A stretch of 64,000 nt of DNA, from the IMG/VR virus record IMGVR_UViG_3300010233_002389. One strand, 5' to 3'. The notes beneath the pieces were generated by a model. It saw only the letters and a list, made by a program, of their open reading frames with translations, ran no database searches and was not told the DNA's origin. This DNA is from an uncultured virus (IMG/VR IMGVR_UViG_3300010233_002389) (Duplodnaviria > Heunggongvirae > Uroviricota > Caudoviricetes). The position numbers and the translations under genes were made by a program. This document shows positions 32,834 through 44,205 of this stretch, in pieces. Numbering within the stretch: position 1 is the stretch's first letter; every line of letters begins with the position of its first letter.

Positions 32834-33103
32834 ATGCCAACGTATGTAATAAATATCTCTCATGGCGATGAATATGATGTATATGTAGGAAGAGGAACTA
32901 TCTGGGGGAACCCATATCATATTGGCAAAAATGGTAGTCGAGACGAAGTGATCGCAAAGTATGAAGATTGGATTCAAACGCAACCAGAGCTAATAGAGAA
33001 AATGAAAAAGGAGCTGACTGGGCGCTGCCTTGGTTGTTATTGTGCTCCTCTCAAATGTCATGGCGATATTATCGTTCGAATATGCGACGACAATAATGAA
33101 TAG
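32834..33103 (+). CDS. DUF4326 protein
   Basis: DVYVGRGTIWGNPY, LGCYCAPLKCHGD. Confidence 0.85.
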   Translation: MPTYVINISHGDEYDVYVGRGTIWGNPYHIGKNGSRDEVIAKYEDWIQTQPELIEKMKKELTGRCLGCYCAPLKCHGDIIVRICDDNNE

Positions 33104-34270
33104 TTCTTGCAAAAGAAGCCGAAAGATGCTAAAGATAAACTAGCAGTCAAAATATGACCAAAGATATTGAAATACTTTTAAGATGGTTACGAATCCGTGA
33201 AGAACACGGCACTCCATTTCCGACTTCATTAATACAGCTACATGCGGATATTGATCATTCCGCTTTGTTGAAAAGGCTATTTGATGGCAAGGAGCCGTTT
33301 GATAAGCCTCCTCCTAGAGCATTCTCATATCCAAACTACGACCTATTTGAACGTGGATTCTCAGAACCATTAGAAGTTTGGAAAGACGGATATAAGTTAG
33401 CAATTCCCGATGAAGAAGCAATCGTTATAGATCAATACCCTTGGCATCTCGTAGAGGTACTTGGCGAAGAAGATTACGTAGTTAAGTATGATGGGAATGA
33501 AGACTTATATAGAGCTTTTCGAATGCCAGGCGTTAGAAAGGGATATGAGAACGAGCAAGATCATCCTTTCGCAAAATTTTGGCGGCTAGAGCCTTACAAT
33601 AAGGGAACTTAACCATGTGCTACTTATGTCTAAGAACAAATCCATTTGATGTGATAGATAAGCTATCCAATCAATTTCCTAAGGACCAAAAGAATAAGGC
33701 TAAAGCTCAAATACTTAAAACGTTGATAAAACGTATTGAGAAAAATGATAAAGATCGCTGCGATTCTGGCGAGGATATGTTTAACAAGCTCAAAGAAGAA
33801 CAGTATAGACTAGCAAAAGAGTTATAAGGAGAATAAATATGAGAATAGAAATTGGACCCGAAAAAGGCAAAGTTGATATCATTTTAAGTTTTGAAGAAAA
33901 TGAATGCATTATAAAACAAATAACAAGCAGCTCTTCAAAAACACTTTTTAAAATGCTTGGACATGACATTATGATTTTACGTGAAGACCACGGATTAGAT
34001 GTTAATGCCTATACATTGGATGGCACCGAAATATATGAAGGCAAAAACGCATTGGTTTTTAAAGGACCCAACTCGGTTATCCCTGAGATTATTGTAAAAA
34101 ATACCAGTCTATTACGTCATAATCCTTGTGATATATGTACTCATTAAAGATAACGCATAACTTAATATAAATATATGAATCATATACACTTCGGTGTTAA
34201 ATTATTGAATAAAATAATTTATACAAAGTTGTATTGGCATATAGTAATGATTCTTAATAGTTTAACCTAA

Positions 34271-35017
34271 ATGAATACAATTTATATAATTCAAAATACC
34301 ATAAATGATAAAATCTATATAGGTCAAACATGGGAGACATTAAATAAAAGATTCGATAAACATAAAACAGATAAAAAGGGTAGATGTAGAAAATTATTTC
34401 GTGCCTTCAATAAACATGGTAGAAATAATTTTTATATTAAATCTTTGTATTCATGTAATAATCAATTTGAAGCAGATTGTTTAGAACAATATTTTATAAA
34501 AAAATTTGATAGCATAAAAACTGGTTATAATATTCGTGAAGGTGGTTCTCGCGGCAAACATTCAGAAGAGACTAAATTAAAAATGTCTAAAGCTGCAATT
34601 AAATTTGGTAGTAAACGACCAACTGGCTATACACAGACTGAAGAGACAAAACAAAAAATATCTTTATCACTTATTGGTAGAAGGCATACAGAAGAAGCTA
34701 AACAAAAAATGCGAAAACCAATATCTGAACAAACAAAAATAAAATTATCATTAATTAACACTGGTAAAAAACACTCAAAAGAAACAAAAGAAAAAATATC
34801 TACACAAAATAAAGGTAAAAGCCGCAATCTTGGCAGAAAAGTATCCAAAGAAACGAAAGAAAAATTATCTATCGCGTTTGCTGGAGAAAATAATCCAAAT
34901 TATGGTAAAACATTTTCTTATGAAACTAAACAAAAATTATCATTAGCACATAAAGGTAAAACTTGGAAGCTAATTGGTGGCAAAAGAGTTTGGTTTACAA
35001 AATCTGTAAATATTTAA
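34271..35017 (+). CDS. GIY-YIG homing endonuclease with NUMOD3 repeats
   Basis: TIYIIQN..NDKIYIGQT, GYNIREGG, repeated HSEETK.K.S. Confidence 0.9.
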   Translation: MNTIYIIQNTINDKIYIGQTWETLNKRFDKHKTDKKGRCRKLFRAFNKHGRNNFYIKSLYSCNNQFEADCLEQYFIKKFDSIKTGYNIREGGSRGKHSEETKLKMSKAAIKFGSKRPTGYTQTEETKQKISLSLIGRRHTEEAKQKMRKPISEQTKIKLSLINTGKKHSKETKEKISTQNKGKSRNLGRKVSKETKEKLSIAFAGENNPNYGKTFSYETKQKLSLAHKGKTWKLIGGKRVWFTKSVNI

Positions 35018-35214
35018 ACATATCAATGAGGTAATTCATAATGAACGAAGAAAAAATTGGAAAAATAATAAAATATACAGGAATGAGCGCAACAATGGTA
35101 GCATTAGCATTCCTAATATTTTGGAGTGCATGTTCGGGTGGCGCTCGTAAACCATTGAATTCAGATGAGAATAAACACTGGATTGATCCGCAAGAGCAAA
35201 ATAAATAAGCAAAC

Positions 35215-35285
35215 GGTCCCATAGTTTAAAAGTAGAACAAAAGCCTTTCAAGCTTTGAACGCCGGCGCGATACCGACTGGGATCA
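35215..35285 (+). tRNA. tRNA-Glu(TTC)
   Basis: GGTCCCA/TGGGATC; AAAGC-CTTTCAA-GCTTT; atypical T-loop CGCGATA. Confidence 0.75.
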
Positions 35286-35291
35286 CAAAAT

Positions 35292-36056
35292 TTATTGATT
35301 AGTCAAGTGTAACATATTCACATTTTTAAGCCTTTTTCTAATTGCATTGTCCGACACTCCTAACTTTCTTGAAACAGCTTTAAAACTAGTTTGATTTACA
35401 AGTTCAACAAGAATTAAATTTTCTGGCCATTCGATTTTAGTTTTATGATTTAATACTTGATTTTCACTTTGAATTCTAAAATTACAATCCCTACATCTAA
35501 TACATAAATTGGACGATAATTTTTTATTGCAATCAACGCAATTATTTTTAATAATTTTATTCTTTCTGTGGTGTTTACCACTAAATGTTTCTGTTTGACT
35601 ATGACAATTTGGGCAAAGCATTCGCAAATTATCTAGTCTATTATCATTAGAAATTCCATTGATATGGTCAATTGTTAACGATAATATTTTACCATTCCAA
35701 TAAGCTTCCATTTCACAAACGTAACATTTATTTTTTAATAAGCCTTCTTTTAACAGCCGTGTTTTAAGGTGTGCTCTGGAATAAGTTGAATTTTCAACTA
35801 ATACAACTTCTAATGGAATAGCTTGTTTATAACCTTTGCCAAATTTGCGTCCCTTATTACTGTTTAAACCTAAAGTAATATTAACTAAATTTATTTCTTC
35901 TTCTTTAATCCTTTTTCTTAATGTTTTATAGTTCCCTGCGCCAACATGAAGATTAAATTTTCTCAAAATATCTGCCAACGAATAACATTCATTAACTAAA
36001 GTTTGAAATTCTTCCTTTGAAAGTTTCCAAATTATACTAGTTCGTTTTCTTTTCAT
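35292..36056 (-). CDS. HNH homing endonuclease
   Basis: CYVC...IDHINGISNDNRLDNLRMLCPNCHSQT; C-terminal HTH. Confidence 0.9.
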   Translation of the reverse strand: MKRKRTSIIWKLSKEEFQTLVNECYSLADILRKFNLHVGAGNYKTLRKRIKEEEINLVNITLGLNSNKGRKFGKGYKQAIPLEVVLVENSTYSRAHLKTRLLKEGLLKNKCYVCEMEAYWNGKILSLTIDHINGISNDNRLDNLRMLCPNCHSQTETFSGKHHRKNKIIKNNCVDCNKKLSSNLCIRCRDCNFRIQSENQVLNHKTKIEWPENLILVELVNQTSFKAVSRKLGVSDNAIRKRLKNVNMLHLTNQ

Positions 36057-36398
36057 AGTAGGACATATATCACGAATAAAAATACGTCCTTACCATGGCA
36101 ATAAAAATGTATTTTAACAAAGAAGGTAAGTAGTGCTAAAGAAAATTATATTAAGATTTTTAACTCTTTGTTTAATTACTGTTGTTTTAATAGAAAGCAC
36201 CGCTTTATTCTTAATAGGTAAAAACGCCTTCCACGCTTCTGTAATTGACGAGCGTACAAAACAAATCGCCACTCAAACATGCCATCCATATACAAATTCT
36301 ACCTGGTTCATACATGATGGCAGAATGTATGTGGTATGTTATTCTGATAATAATCTATTAAGATTCTCTATTGAGCCAGCTAAATATCAACAAGTACT

Positions 36399-36719
36399 AT
36401 GAAATATCGTTCCGAAAAATCTAAGTTCAAAAAGGAACATAGCATGATTGAAGGTTTAAAGAAGCTTCTCGAATCCATACAAAATTGGGATGAAATTCAA
36501 GGCATTATCCCAGGCATTATAAATCCATCTAAAGCATCCTCTGATATCTATTTAACTATACAATATAAGACAACCTCTGGATTAAAATGTATTGCCAAGT
36601 CGAGGGCGGTTGTTCAAGAAGTATTCTTTATATCAAATAATTCTGATGCACTTCAAAAGAAAATTGAGGATTTAAATAAATTACATGTTGATACCAAGCG
36701 AACTAAAGAAGATAGCTAA
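36399..36719 (+). CDS. DUF2103-like protein
   Basis: EHSMIEG, IIPGII, GLKCIAK...VQEVF. Confidence 0.55.
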   Translation: MKYRSEKSKFKKEHSMIEGLKKLLESIQNWDEIQGIIPGIINPSKASSDIYLTIQYKTTSGLKCIAKSRAVVQEVFFISNNSDALQKKIEDLNKLHVDTKRTKEDS

Positions 36720-37348
36720 GAAGGGCAAAGTAGAAAAAACTAAGGTTGATAAAGCTGCACAAAAAGCTCTTGAAGAAAAAAGACGCTTAGACACCCTTGC
36801 AAAACGTAAGAAGGATCGCGAAAATGCTCGAAAAATTATTGAGGATTCCCAATGGAGAATTAAACTTCATGCCGAAAAAGGTGAGAATTCTTTTTTGATA
36901 AGAGTAAATAATGAAGAGGTTCATGTAGAAGACACTGAAGGCAGCAGATTCATTGCTGGCAATAAAAGAACTTTCAAACTTTGCGGCGCAACCAAGATTG
37001 TATTTAATACTTTTAAGAGAAAACACTTTAAAATTGAAATGCATGAACATGATATTTATGACCCCGAAGGACCAACATCTCCAGATTGGTATATCAAAAT
37101 AAGTTGGTAACTAAAAAACAAGTCCACAAATCATTTAGAAGGGCTGTTTTCGAAAGAGATAACTACTGGTGCAAACTCTGCGAATGGCATGACCCATATG
37201 CCGATATTTATGAATTGAATAAAGAAATAGAGTTGGTAGAATCAAACCTTGATTTATTTATAAAAAACTCTATCACTCTCTGTAGAGATTGTACTGTCCA
37301 AGTAAATGCCGATGGCTATGACATCGATATCTTATATAAAAAGATATC

Positions 37349-37747
37349 ATGACAAATCTATTAATTATATTAACAATCGTTGGCTGGGCTATTGGGTCAA
37401 TATTTTATAAGGTTGCCAGTATTAACAACACAGTTCTGCTAGCCACCATCTCTGCATCATATGCCGTTCTAACTATATTTTCTTTCTTTGTATTTAAAGG
37501 AGAGTATGTGTTTACTACATTAGGCGTTTTATATGCCATCCTAGGAAGCGTATCAATGAGTTTTGCAACCTATGCATTCATGCATTTGTTACATAGGGGA
37601 GGAGCTGGAGAAATGACAGCTATTGTATCCATCTACCCAGCTCTAACCGTTTTAATATCATATGTGTTTTTACATGAAGTAATGACTCCAAGGAAAATGA
37701 TTGGATGTGGATTGGCGCTGGTCAGCGTTTATTTATTGGGACATTAA
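37349..37747 (+). CDS. EamA/DMT-family membrane protein
   Basis: multiple TM helices; YPALTVLISYVFLHE...KMIG. Confidence 0.8.
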   Translation: MTNLLIILTIVGWAIGSIFYKVASINNTVLLATISASYAVLTIFSFFVFKGEYVFTTLGVLYAILGSVSMSFATYAFMHLLHRGGAGEMTAIVSIYPALTVLISYVFLHEVMTPRKMIGCGLALVSVYLLGH

Positions 37748-37996
37748 GACCGAAACCACCAACATGAAGTTAATTTTATTAAAACCAGGAGAAATGTTCC
37801 CATATGCTATAAGACAATATGATTATTTTTGTTTTATATGTCAAATGTGGAAACCTATGACGAATCAGGATAGATCATTGTGTCCAGTATTTTTCTGTAT
37901 GCTAGATGATAAAGATACTGTATTGTTAGATAATAAAACTGATGTATTTGTAATGTATAGAAGTAATGGGACTTTTGCCGCTTTTAAGAAACCAAA

Positions 37997-38344
37997 TTAG
38001 CCCATTAACTCTTTCATAAGCTGGGTAAAGATATCAATTCTATCTTTGGGTGTTACGGGTTTATTTGTGGTGGGAGCATAAACTGTAACTCCTTTATGCC
38101 AGCCATTAGGACCGCCAACATATCCGGGGGAATGATAATGTGGCTCTACACGAAAAAAGTACTTGACATTATTGACAGGATAATATAATTCATACCCAAA
38201 CTCTTTGCCGAGAAGTTTTTTAGCCAAATCAGATATTTCGCTAGGGACATTGCCGTTCATCATGGTATAACCAGATGGAGCTTTACCGGCATTTTGAATA
38301 TTTTGATTTTTGATCACTTCTGGTATTGGTGGTAAACTTGCCAT
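37997..38344 (-). CDS. hypothetical protein
   Basis: 115-aa ORF with EPHYH...GWHKGVTVY. Confidence 0.6.
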   Translation of the reverse strand: MASLPPIPEVIKNQNIQNAGKAPSGYTMMNGNVPSEISDLAKKLLGKEFGYELYYPVNNVKYFFRVEPHYHSPGYVGGPNGWHKGVTVYAPTTNKPVTPKDRIDIFTQLMKELMG

Positions 38345-38458
38345 ATCATAATGCTGGAGAAATGACAGTTGCTATATAGTGCTTAATCTTTTAAGGTAAT
38401 AACACAAACGGAGTGTTTACTTATTCTGATTATACAAAATATTTGGTATTATAAGTAG

Positions 38459-39040
38459 GTGAATTGTATGAACATTTGTACAATATATGTTATAAAAAAT
38501 ACGATAAATGATAAAGTTTATATTGGTCAAACTTGGTGCAAATTAAATAAAAGATTTAGTGAACATAAGGGAAATAAAAGTGGTAGTTGTCGTAAATTAT
38601 TTAGAGCCTTTAATCAACATGGTAGAGATAATTTTTATATAGAACAACTTTATAATTGCGATAACCAAATTGAAACAGATATGATGGAAGATTATTATAT
38701 CAAAAAATATAATTCAATTAAGAGTGGCTATAATATAAGAGAGGGTGGATCAAAGGGCAAATTATCTAAAGAAACTAAGACAAAAATGTCATTAGCCGCA
38801 AAAGGTAATAAAAAATGGCTTGGTAAAAAACACTCTAAAGAATCTAAAACAAAAATATCATTATCTAATATGGGTAAAAATATTGGCAAAAAACATTCAG
38901 AAGAAACTAAAACAAAAATGTCATTAGCTAAAATAGGAAATAAAAACTCTTTAGGAACAAACCGTTCAGAAGAAACTAAAAGAAAAATATCATTAGCTAT
39001 GATAGGTAATAAAAATGGCTTGGTAAAGCACTCTAAATAG
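38459..39040 (+). CDS. GIY-YIG homing endonuclease with NUMOD3 repeats
   Basis: close paralog of 34271 (CRKLFRAFN.HGR.NFYI, GYNIREGG). Confidence 0.9.
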   Translation: MNCMNICTIYVIKNTINDKVYIGQTWCKLNKRFSEHKGNKSGSCRKLFRAFNQHGRDNFYIEQLYNCDNQIETDMMEDYYIKKYNSIKSGYNIREGGSKGKLSKETKTKMSLAAKGNKKWLGKKHSKESKTKISLSNMGKNIGKKHSEETKTKMSLAKIGNKNSLGTNRSEETKRKISLAMIGNKNGLVKHSK

Positions 39041-39058
39041 TATATAGGAAATAATAAA

Positions 39059-39595
39059 ATGAATGATAAAGAACTTACAAAAAAATCAAAAAAATTATCT
39101 TATATCTTGCGTCATGATCCTAAGAGTGCTAGCTTGGTGCTCGATAATGCCGGATGGGTAAGTACAAGTAAGCTTCTAACTGCAACAGCTATGACTTCTG
39201 AAGAGCTTGATTGGGTTGTAGCTAACAATAATAAAAAACGGTTTGAGTTCAACGCTGATAAGACGCAGATACGAGCAAGCCAGGGTCATAGTGTAGAAGT
39301 AGATTTGGAATATGAACCTACAAAACCACCAGATGTACTGTATCATGGAACCGCCGTTCACTTTTACGATAACATCATGTTATATGGTCTGAAGAAAATG
39401 GATAGGCATCATGTACATTTATCTATAGACATTAAAACCGCAAAAACTGTTGGAAGTAGAAAAGGAACACCAATTGTATTAGAGATAAATGCAAAACAAA
39501 TGTATGAACAGGGGAAAGATTTTTATTTATCAACAAATGGAGTATGGTTAACTGACTATATACCATCAATCAATATTAAAAAAATAAGCATATAA
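39059..39595 (+). CDS. kptA: RNA 2'-phosphotransferase (KptA/Tpt1)
   Basis: SKKLSYILRH, KKRF, IRASQGHS, LYHGT, RHHVHLS, NGVWL. Confidence 0.95.
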   Translation: MNDKELTKKSKKLSYILRHDPKSASLVLDNAGWVSTSKLLTATAMTSEELDWVVANNNKKRFEFNADKTQIRASQGHSVEVDLEYEPTKPPDVLYHGTAVHFYDNIMLYGLKKMDRHHVHLSIDIKTAKTVGSRKGTPIVLEINAKQMYEQGKDFYLSTNGVWLTDYIPSINIKKISI

Positions 39596-39628
39596 ACATA
39601 AAACAAAATAAAGGATATTAAATAAAAA

Positions 39629-42115
39629 ATGAAATTAAAACTTTCAGTATTGTATTTTATTATAGCTATTTGCTTTATAGCATGTAGTCCAACAAACAAA
39701 TCAGATGATGACATTTCATCAGTTAGCCAAGCTCTATCAGGTCCTATTGCTGCGTATGCATTTGAAGAAGGGTCCGGAAACAAAACAAACGAAATTTCTG
39801 GAAACTCAGCACTTCAGGGAACACTTTATAATAATGTTGGGTGGACAAATTCAGGTAAACACGGGAAAGGAGTAACCTTCCCAAGTGGTGGAACTTTTAT
39901 TCAAATTAATGATGCCACTTCTCTTCATCTCACTACTGGAATGACTTTATCAGCTTGGGTTAATCCAACAAGCACAAATTATTCAACAGCAGTTATTGCT
40001 AAAGAAGGCTCAAGCAATCCTAATTATGCATTATATGCTGGCAATGGTTCTAACATCCCTAAAGTTCAGTACACAAAATCCAACGCAACAAAAACAGTTA
40101 CTGATACAACTTCTGCTGTAGGTGCTTGGAATTATATTGCCGGCACATATGATGGAACAACACTTAAGATCTATCGTAATGGAGTATTAACAGCCAGTGC
40201 CGCACAACCATCACCTATCGATACATCAACCGGCTGGCTAGAAATAGGTTCTGATACTAATAATTCTGCTTATTTTCGTGGTACAATTGATGATGTGCGT
40301 ATTTATAATCGCGCTCTTTCGCTTGCTGAAATTCAAAGCGACATGAATACAGGAGTTGGACAAACTCCAGCTGACTCTGGAGCAGATGTGGCTGCCGAAG
40401 CATCAAATGACGCTACTACTGATGTAGACGCTACAACTGATGTAAATACAGATGCAACAGATGCGAAAACAGATGCTGATGCTACAGCTGACGCTACGAC
40501 TGATGTAAATACAGACGCAACAGATGCGAAAACAGACGCTGATGCAACAGCAGCCGATGCAACAAATGATGCAACAAATACAGATGCAACTGCTGACGCA
40601 ACTGCTGACGCAACTGCTGACGCAACTGCTGACGCAACTGCTGACGCAACAAATGATGCAACTACAGATGCAACTGCTGACGCAGTTGCTGATGTGGCTG
40701 CGGATACAGCTACCGATGTAGTTACAGATACAACAGCTGATGTATCAGTAGATGTAATTGCTGAGGCTGAAGCTGCCAGTCCTGAACCCACACCTGAACC
40801 AACTATTGAAGCTGGACCAGATGCAGAAGCCTCGTCCCCTCCATTCGATGCTGGTCCCAGTATGTTTCCTCTTAAGTTAGTACCAGGAAAACATTATTTA
40901 GCCGATCAAAATAATAAGCCTTTCTTAATTCAAGGCGATTCATCGTGGTCTCTTGGTATTAATACGCAACCAGCTGACGTAGATGCATTTTTAACAGATC
41001 GCGTTGCTAAAGGGTTTAATACTGTGTTTCTTCAAATGGAAGATACAAACCGGAATGGTGACGGAAGCATTACTGCAAATGCACAGGGAGCCTATCCATT
41101 TTTAGTTACTGGTGATTTTTCTACGCCAAATAATACTTATTTTACATATATTGATTCAGTACTTCAAAAAGCATTAGCCCAAAATATTTTAGTATTAATG
41201 TTTCCAACCTATTTAGGATATAATGGACTGGGACAAGGAGTTGCCCCACAGATGCAAGCAAGTGGGATTGCAAAACTTCAAACTTATGGTTCATATTTGG
41301 GTAATCGTTACAAATATTATCCTAATATTATTTGGGTTCAAGGTGGAGATAATAATGAATCTGTTAATATTCCGCTTGTAGATGCCGTTGCTACTGCAAT
41401 TAAAACAGCCGATCCTTTGCACCTTCAAACTGTCCATTATTTTACAGATTTCACGGCAAGTTCAACTTACGGAAATTATTCATGGCTTGATATGGATACT
41501 AATTATCAACAAAACCCAAGCATATTTAATGCGGTGGTAAGCCAATATAATCTTTCTGGCTCACGACCAAGTTTCTTAATTGAATCATATTATGAAGCAA
41601 GAGAAACTTTATCACAAAATTGGGGAATTATTGCAAGCCCACAAACAGTTCGACAAGAAGCTTATGAACCAATTATTGGTGGTAGTGGACAAATGTTCGG
41701 AAATGAAGTTACTTGGCATTTTGCTACTGGATGGCAATCAACACTAAATAGCCAAGGCGCACTTGATATGCAAAAACTACATTCATTAATTACTCCTCGT
41801 CATTGGGAGCTTTTAGTACCAGACCAAACTAATTCATTCTTAGTTGCTGGCGCCGGCTCAGGTACAACTAAAGCATCAGCCGCAAGAGCTTCTGATGGAA
41901 CGTGGGGTATAATTTATATTCCTAATTCGCGCAACATAACAATTGATTTGTCAGGATTTTCTCATCCTGTTACAGGTAAATGGTTTGACCCAACATCTGG
42001 AACAATCACTCCATTTCAGTGTTCTGCATTTAATAATTGTGGCTCACTTCCAATTACATCAACTCCAGGAAATAATTCTTCTGGCGATACTGATTGGGTT
42101 TTATTATTCGAATAA
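39629..42115 (+). CDS. lipoprotein with LamG-like domain, DA/T-rich linker, DUF4038 glycoside hydrolase-like and C-terminal beta domain
   Basis: lipobox FIAC; TYDG...IDDVRIYNRALS; KPFLIQGDSSW, KGFN, NIIWVQGGD, ESYYE, WFDP, DWVL. Confidence 0.8.
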   Translation: MKLKLSVLYFIIAICFIACSPTNKSDDDISSVSQALSGPIAAYAFEEGSGNKTNEISGNSALQGTLYNNVGWTNSGKHGKGVTFPSGGTFIQINDATSLHLTTGMTLSAWVNPTSTNYSTAVIAKEGSSNPNYALYAGNGSNIPKVQYTKSNATKTVTDTTSAVGAWNYIAGTYDGTTLKIYRNGVLTASAAQPSPIDTSTGWLEIGSDTNNSAYFRGTIDDVRIYNRALSLAEIQSDMNTGVGQTPADSGADVAAEASNDATTDVDATTDVNTDATDAKTDADATADATTDVNTDATDAKTDADATAADATNDATNTDATADATADATADATADATADATNDATTDATADAVADVAADTATDVVTDTTADVSVDVIAEAEAASPEPTPEPTIEAGPDAEASSPPFDAGPSMFPLKLVPGKHYLADQNNKPFLIQGDSSWSLGINTQPADVDAFLTDRVAKGFNTVFLQMEDTNRNGDGSITANAQGAYPFLVTGDFSTPNNTYFTYIDSVLQKALAQNILVLMFPTYLGYNGLGQGVAPQMQASGIAKLQTYGSYLGNRYKYYPNIIWVQGGDNNESVNIPLVDAVATAIKTADPLHLQTVHYFTDFTASSTYGNYSWLDMDTNYQQNPSIFNAVVSQYNLSGSRPSFLIESYYEARETLSQNWGIIASPQTVRQEAYEPIIGGSGQMFGNEVTWHFATGWQSTLNSQGALDMQKLHSLITPRHWELLVPDQTNSFLVAGAGSGTTKASAARASDGTWGIIYIPNSRNITIDLSGFSHPVTGKWFDPTSGTITPFQCSAFNNCGSLPITSTPGNNSSGDTDWVLLFE
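40425..40685 (+). repeat. coding tandem repeats (about 60-bp duplication and 12-bp GCAACTGCTGAC run)
   Basis: DATTDVNTDATDAKTDA x2; ATAD x5. Confidence 0.85.
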
Positions 42116-42159
42116 ATAATTAACAAATATAAAAACTAAAAAGAAAAGGTAAAATAAAA

Positions 42160-44205
42160 ATGAATAAAATATTCACAATTGTGTTGTTGTTTTTATTGGT
42201 CGCTTGTTCTCCATCAGGAACTGATTTTATTGGACAAACAAAACAAAAATTATCTGGTCCTGTTGCCGCATATGCATTTGAAGAAGGGTCCGGATATAAA
42301 GCAAACGAAATCTCCGGTAACAGCGCCCTTCAAGGAACACTTTATAATGGTGTTGGATGGACTAATTCAGGTAAACATGGAAATGGAGTCACTTTCCCAT
42401 CTGGAGGAACATTTATACAAATCAATGATGCGGCTTCACTTCATTTAACAACAGGGATGACGCTATCAGCTTGGGTTAACCCAACTAGTACGAACTATCC
42501 AGGAGCGGTAATCGCAAAAGAAGGTTCCAGTAATCCAAATTATGCTTTATTTGCCGGTACAGGAACAAATATTCCACAAATCCAATATACAAATAATAAC
42601 ATAACAAAGTCAATCAGTGATACCACTTCGGCTATTGGCTCATGGACATATATAGCTGGTACATATGATGGTACGACTCTTCGTATGTATCGTGATGGTG
42701 TTCTAACCGCTAGTGCCACACAGCCATCACCTATGGATACATCTACCGGATGGCTAGAGATTGGCTCTGATACAAATATTGCTGCTTACTTTCGCGGCAC
42801 AATTGATGATGTACGAGTTTATGATAGAGCATTGTCACAATCTGAAATTCAATCAGACATGAATACTGGGGTTGGGCAAACTCCAGTAGATGCTAGCGTT
42901 GATGCTCCCTCAGATTCTAATACTGAAGCCGAGGCAGCAACCGTCACACCAGAAGCCGGGTCGGAGTCAGGCTCTGACTCAGGCGCGAGTGTTTATCCAT
43001 TAAAACTTGTAACTGGGAAACGGTATCTTGCTGATCAAACTGACAAACCTTTCCTTATGCAAGCTGACACTGCATGGTCTTTACCTGCACGACTACAAGA
43101 TGCCGATGCTGAAATATATTTAGAAGATCGTCGAGTTAAAGGCTTCAACACAGTTTTGATCGAATTAATCAATCATTTGGATGGACCAAGCGGGATTAAC
43201 AATGCCTACAACATCGCGCCATTCAACGTACCTGGTGATTTCTCAACGCCAAATGACGCCTACTTTACGTATATAGATGCTGTCTTACAGAAAGCGCTTT
43301 CCAAGAACCTCCTCGTAATTGCTTTTCCAGCTTATCTTGGTTATACGGGAACGAATGAGGGGTGGATGGCGGAGATGATCACAAGTGGAGCTACGAAATG
43401 CGCTGCATATGGGACCTATCTTGGCAATCGTTACAAGAACTATCCAAACATTATTTGGGCGAACGGTGGAGATGACTCAACAGCAGATAAATCACTTGTG
43501 GATGCCATCGCGTCCGCCATCCGGGCAGCCGGCGCAACACAATTGCAGACGGCACATGCTTACCCAGACGTTTCAGCTCGTGCCTATTATGGCTCGTACA
43601 CATGGTTGGATGTTGATACTGTATATCGACAAACACCAAGTATTCTAGCAGCTTCATTAGTTGAATATAATCTCGTACCTATAAAACCATTTTTCCTCAT
43701 TGAGTCAGCATACGAGGGCGGAACCACTTCTCCAAACGCGCAAGTAGTTCGCCAAGAAGCTTATGAACCATTACTTGGCGGTGGTTTTGGACAATTTTTC
43801 GGCAATTACCCACTTTGGATCTTCGACTCAGGATGGCAAGCCGCACTTAATAGCCAGGGGTCATTGGACATGCAACGACTTCATACGCTATTCACATCTC
43901 GACGATGGGATCTCCTCGTTCCAGATCAGACTTCGGCGTTTATAACATCAGGCGGGTCAGGAATATCTGCCGCACGTGCATCAGATGGTTCTTGGGGAAT
44001 TGTTTATATTCCTACAACTCGCAACATGATGATTGACTTATCTGGATTCTCACATCCAGTTAATGCAAAATGGTTTGACCCAACCAATGGAACATATACA
44101 ACTATTCAATGTTCTCCATTCAATAATTGCGGAACTCGGTCAATATTATCTACTCCTGGTAATAATAGCGCTGGCGACCAAGATTGGATTTTAGTATTTG
44201 AATAA
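42160..44205 (+). CDS. paralogous LamG + DUF4038-like lipoprotein
   Basis: lipobox LVAC; near-identical LamG region to 39629; shorter linker. Confidence 0.8.
   Translation: MNKIFTIVLLFLLVACSPSGTDFIGQTKQKLSGPVAAYAFEEGSGYKANEISGNSALQGTLYNGVGWTNSGKHGNGVTFPSGGTFIQINDAASLHLTTGMTLSAWVNPTSTNYPGAVIAKEGSSNPNYALFAGTGTNIPQIQYTNNNITKSISDTTSAIGSWTYIAGTYDGTTLRMYRDGVLTASATQPSPMDTSTGWLEIGSDTNIAAYFRGTIDDVRVYDRALSQSEIQSDMNTGVGQTPVDASVDAPSDSNTEAEAATVTPEAGSESGSDSGASVYPLKLVTGKRYLADQTDKPFLMQADTAWSLPARLQDADAEIYLEDRRVKGFNTVLIELINHLDGPSGINNAYNIAPFNVPGDFSTPNDAYFTYIDAVLQKALSKNLLVIAFPAYLGYTGTNEGWMAEMITSGATKCAAYGTYLGNRYKNYPNIIWANGGDDSTADKSLVDAIASAIRAAGATQLQTAHAYPDVSARAYYGSYTWLDVDTVYRQTPSILAASLVEYNLVPIKPFFLIESAYEGGTTSPNAQVVRQEAYEPLLGGGFGQFFGNYPLWIFDSGWQAALNSQGSLDMQRLHTLFTSRRWDLLVPDQTSAFITSGGSGISAARASDGSWGIVYIPTTRNMMIDLSGFSHPVNAKWFDPTNGTYTTIQCSPFNNCGTRSILSTPGNNSAGDQDWILVFE

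Noticed and set aside
40333..40791. Antisense and alternate-frame ORFs over the repeat linker (also 1581-1805)
   Set aside because: Shadows of low-complexity coding repeats
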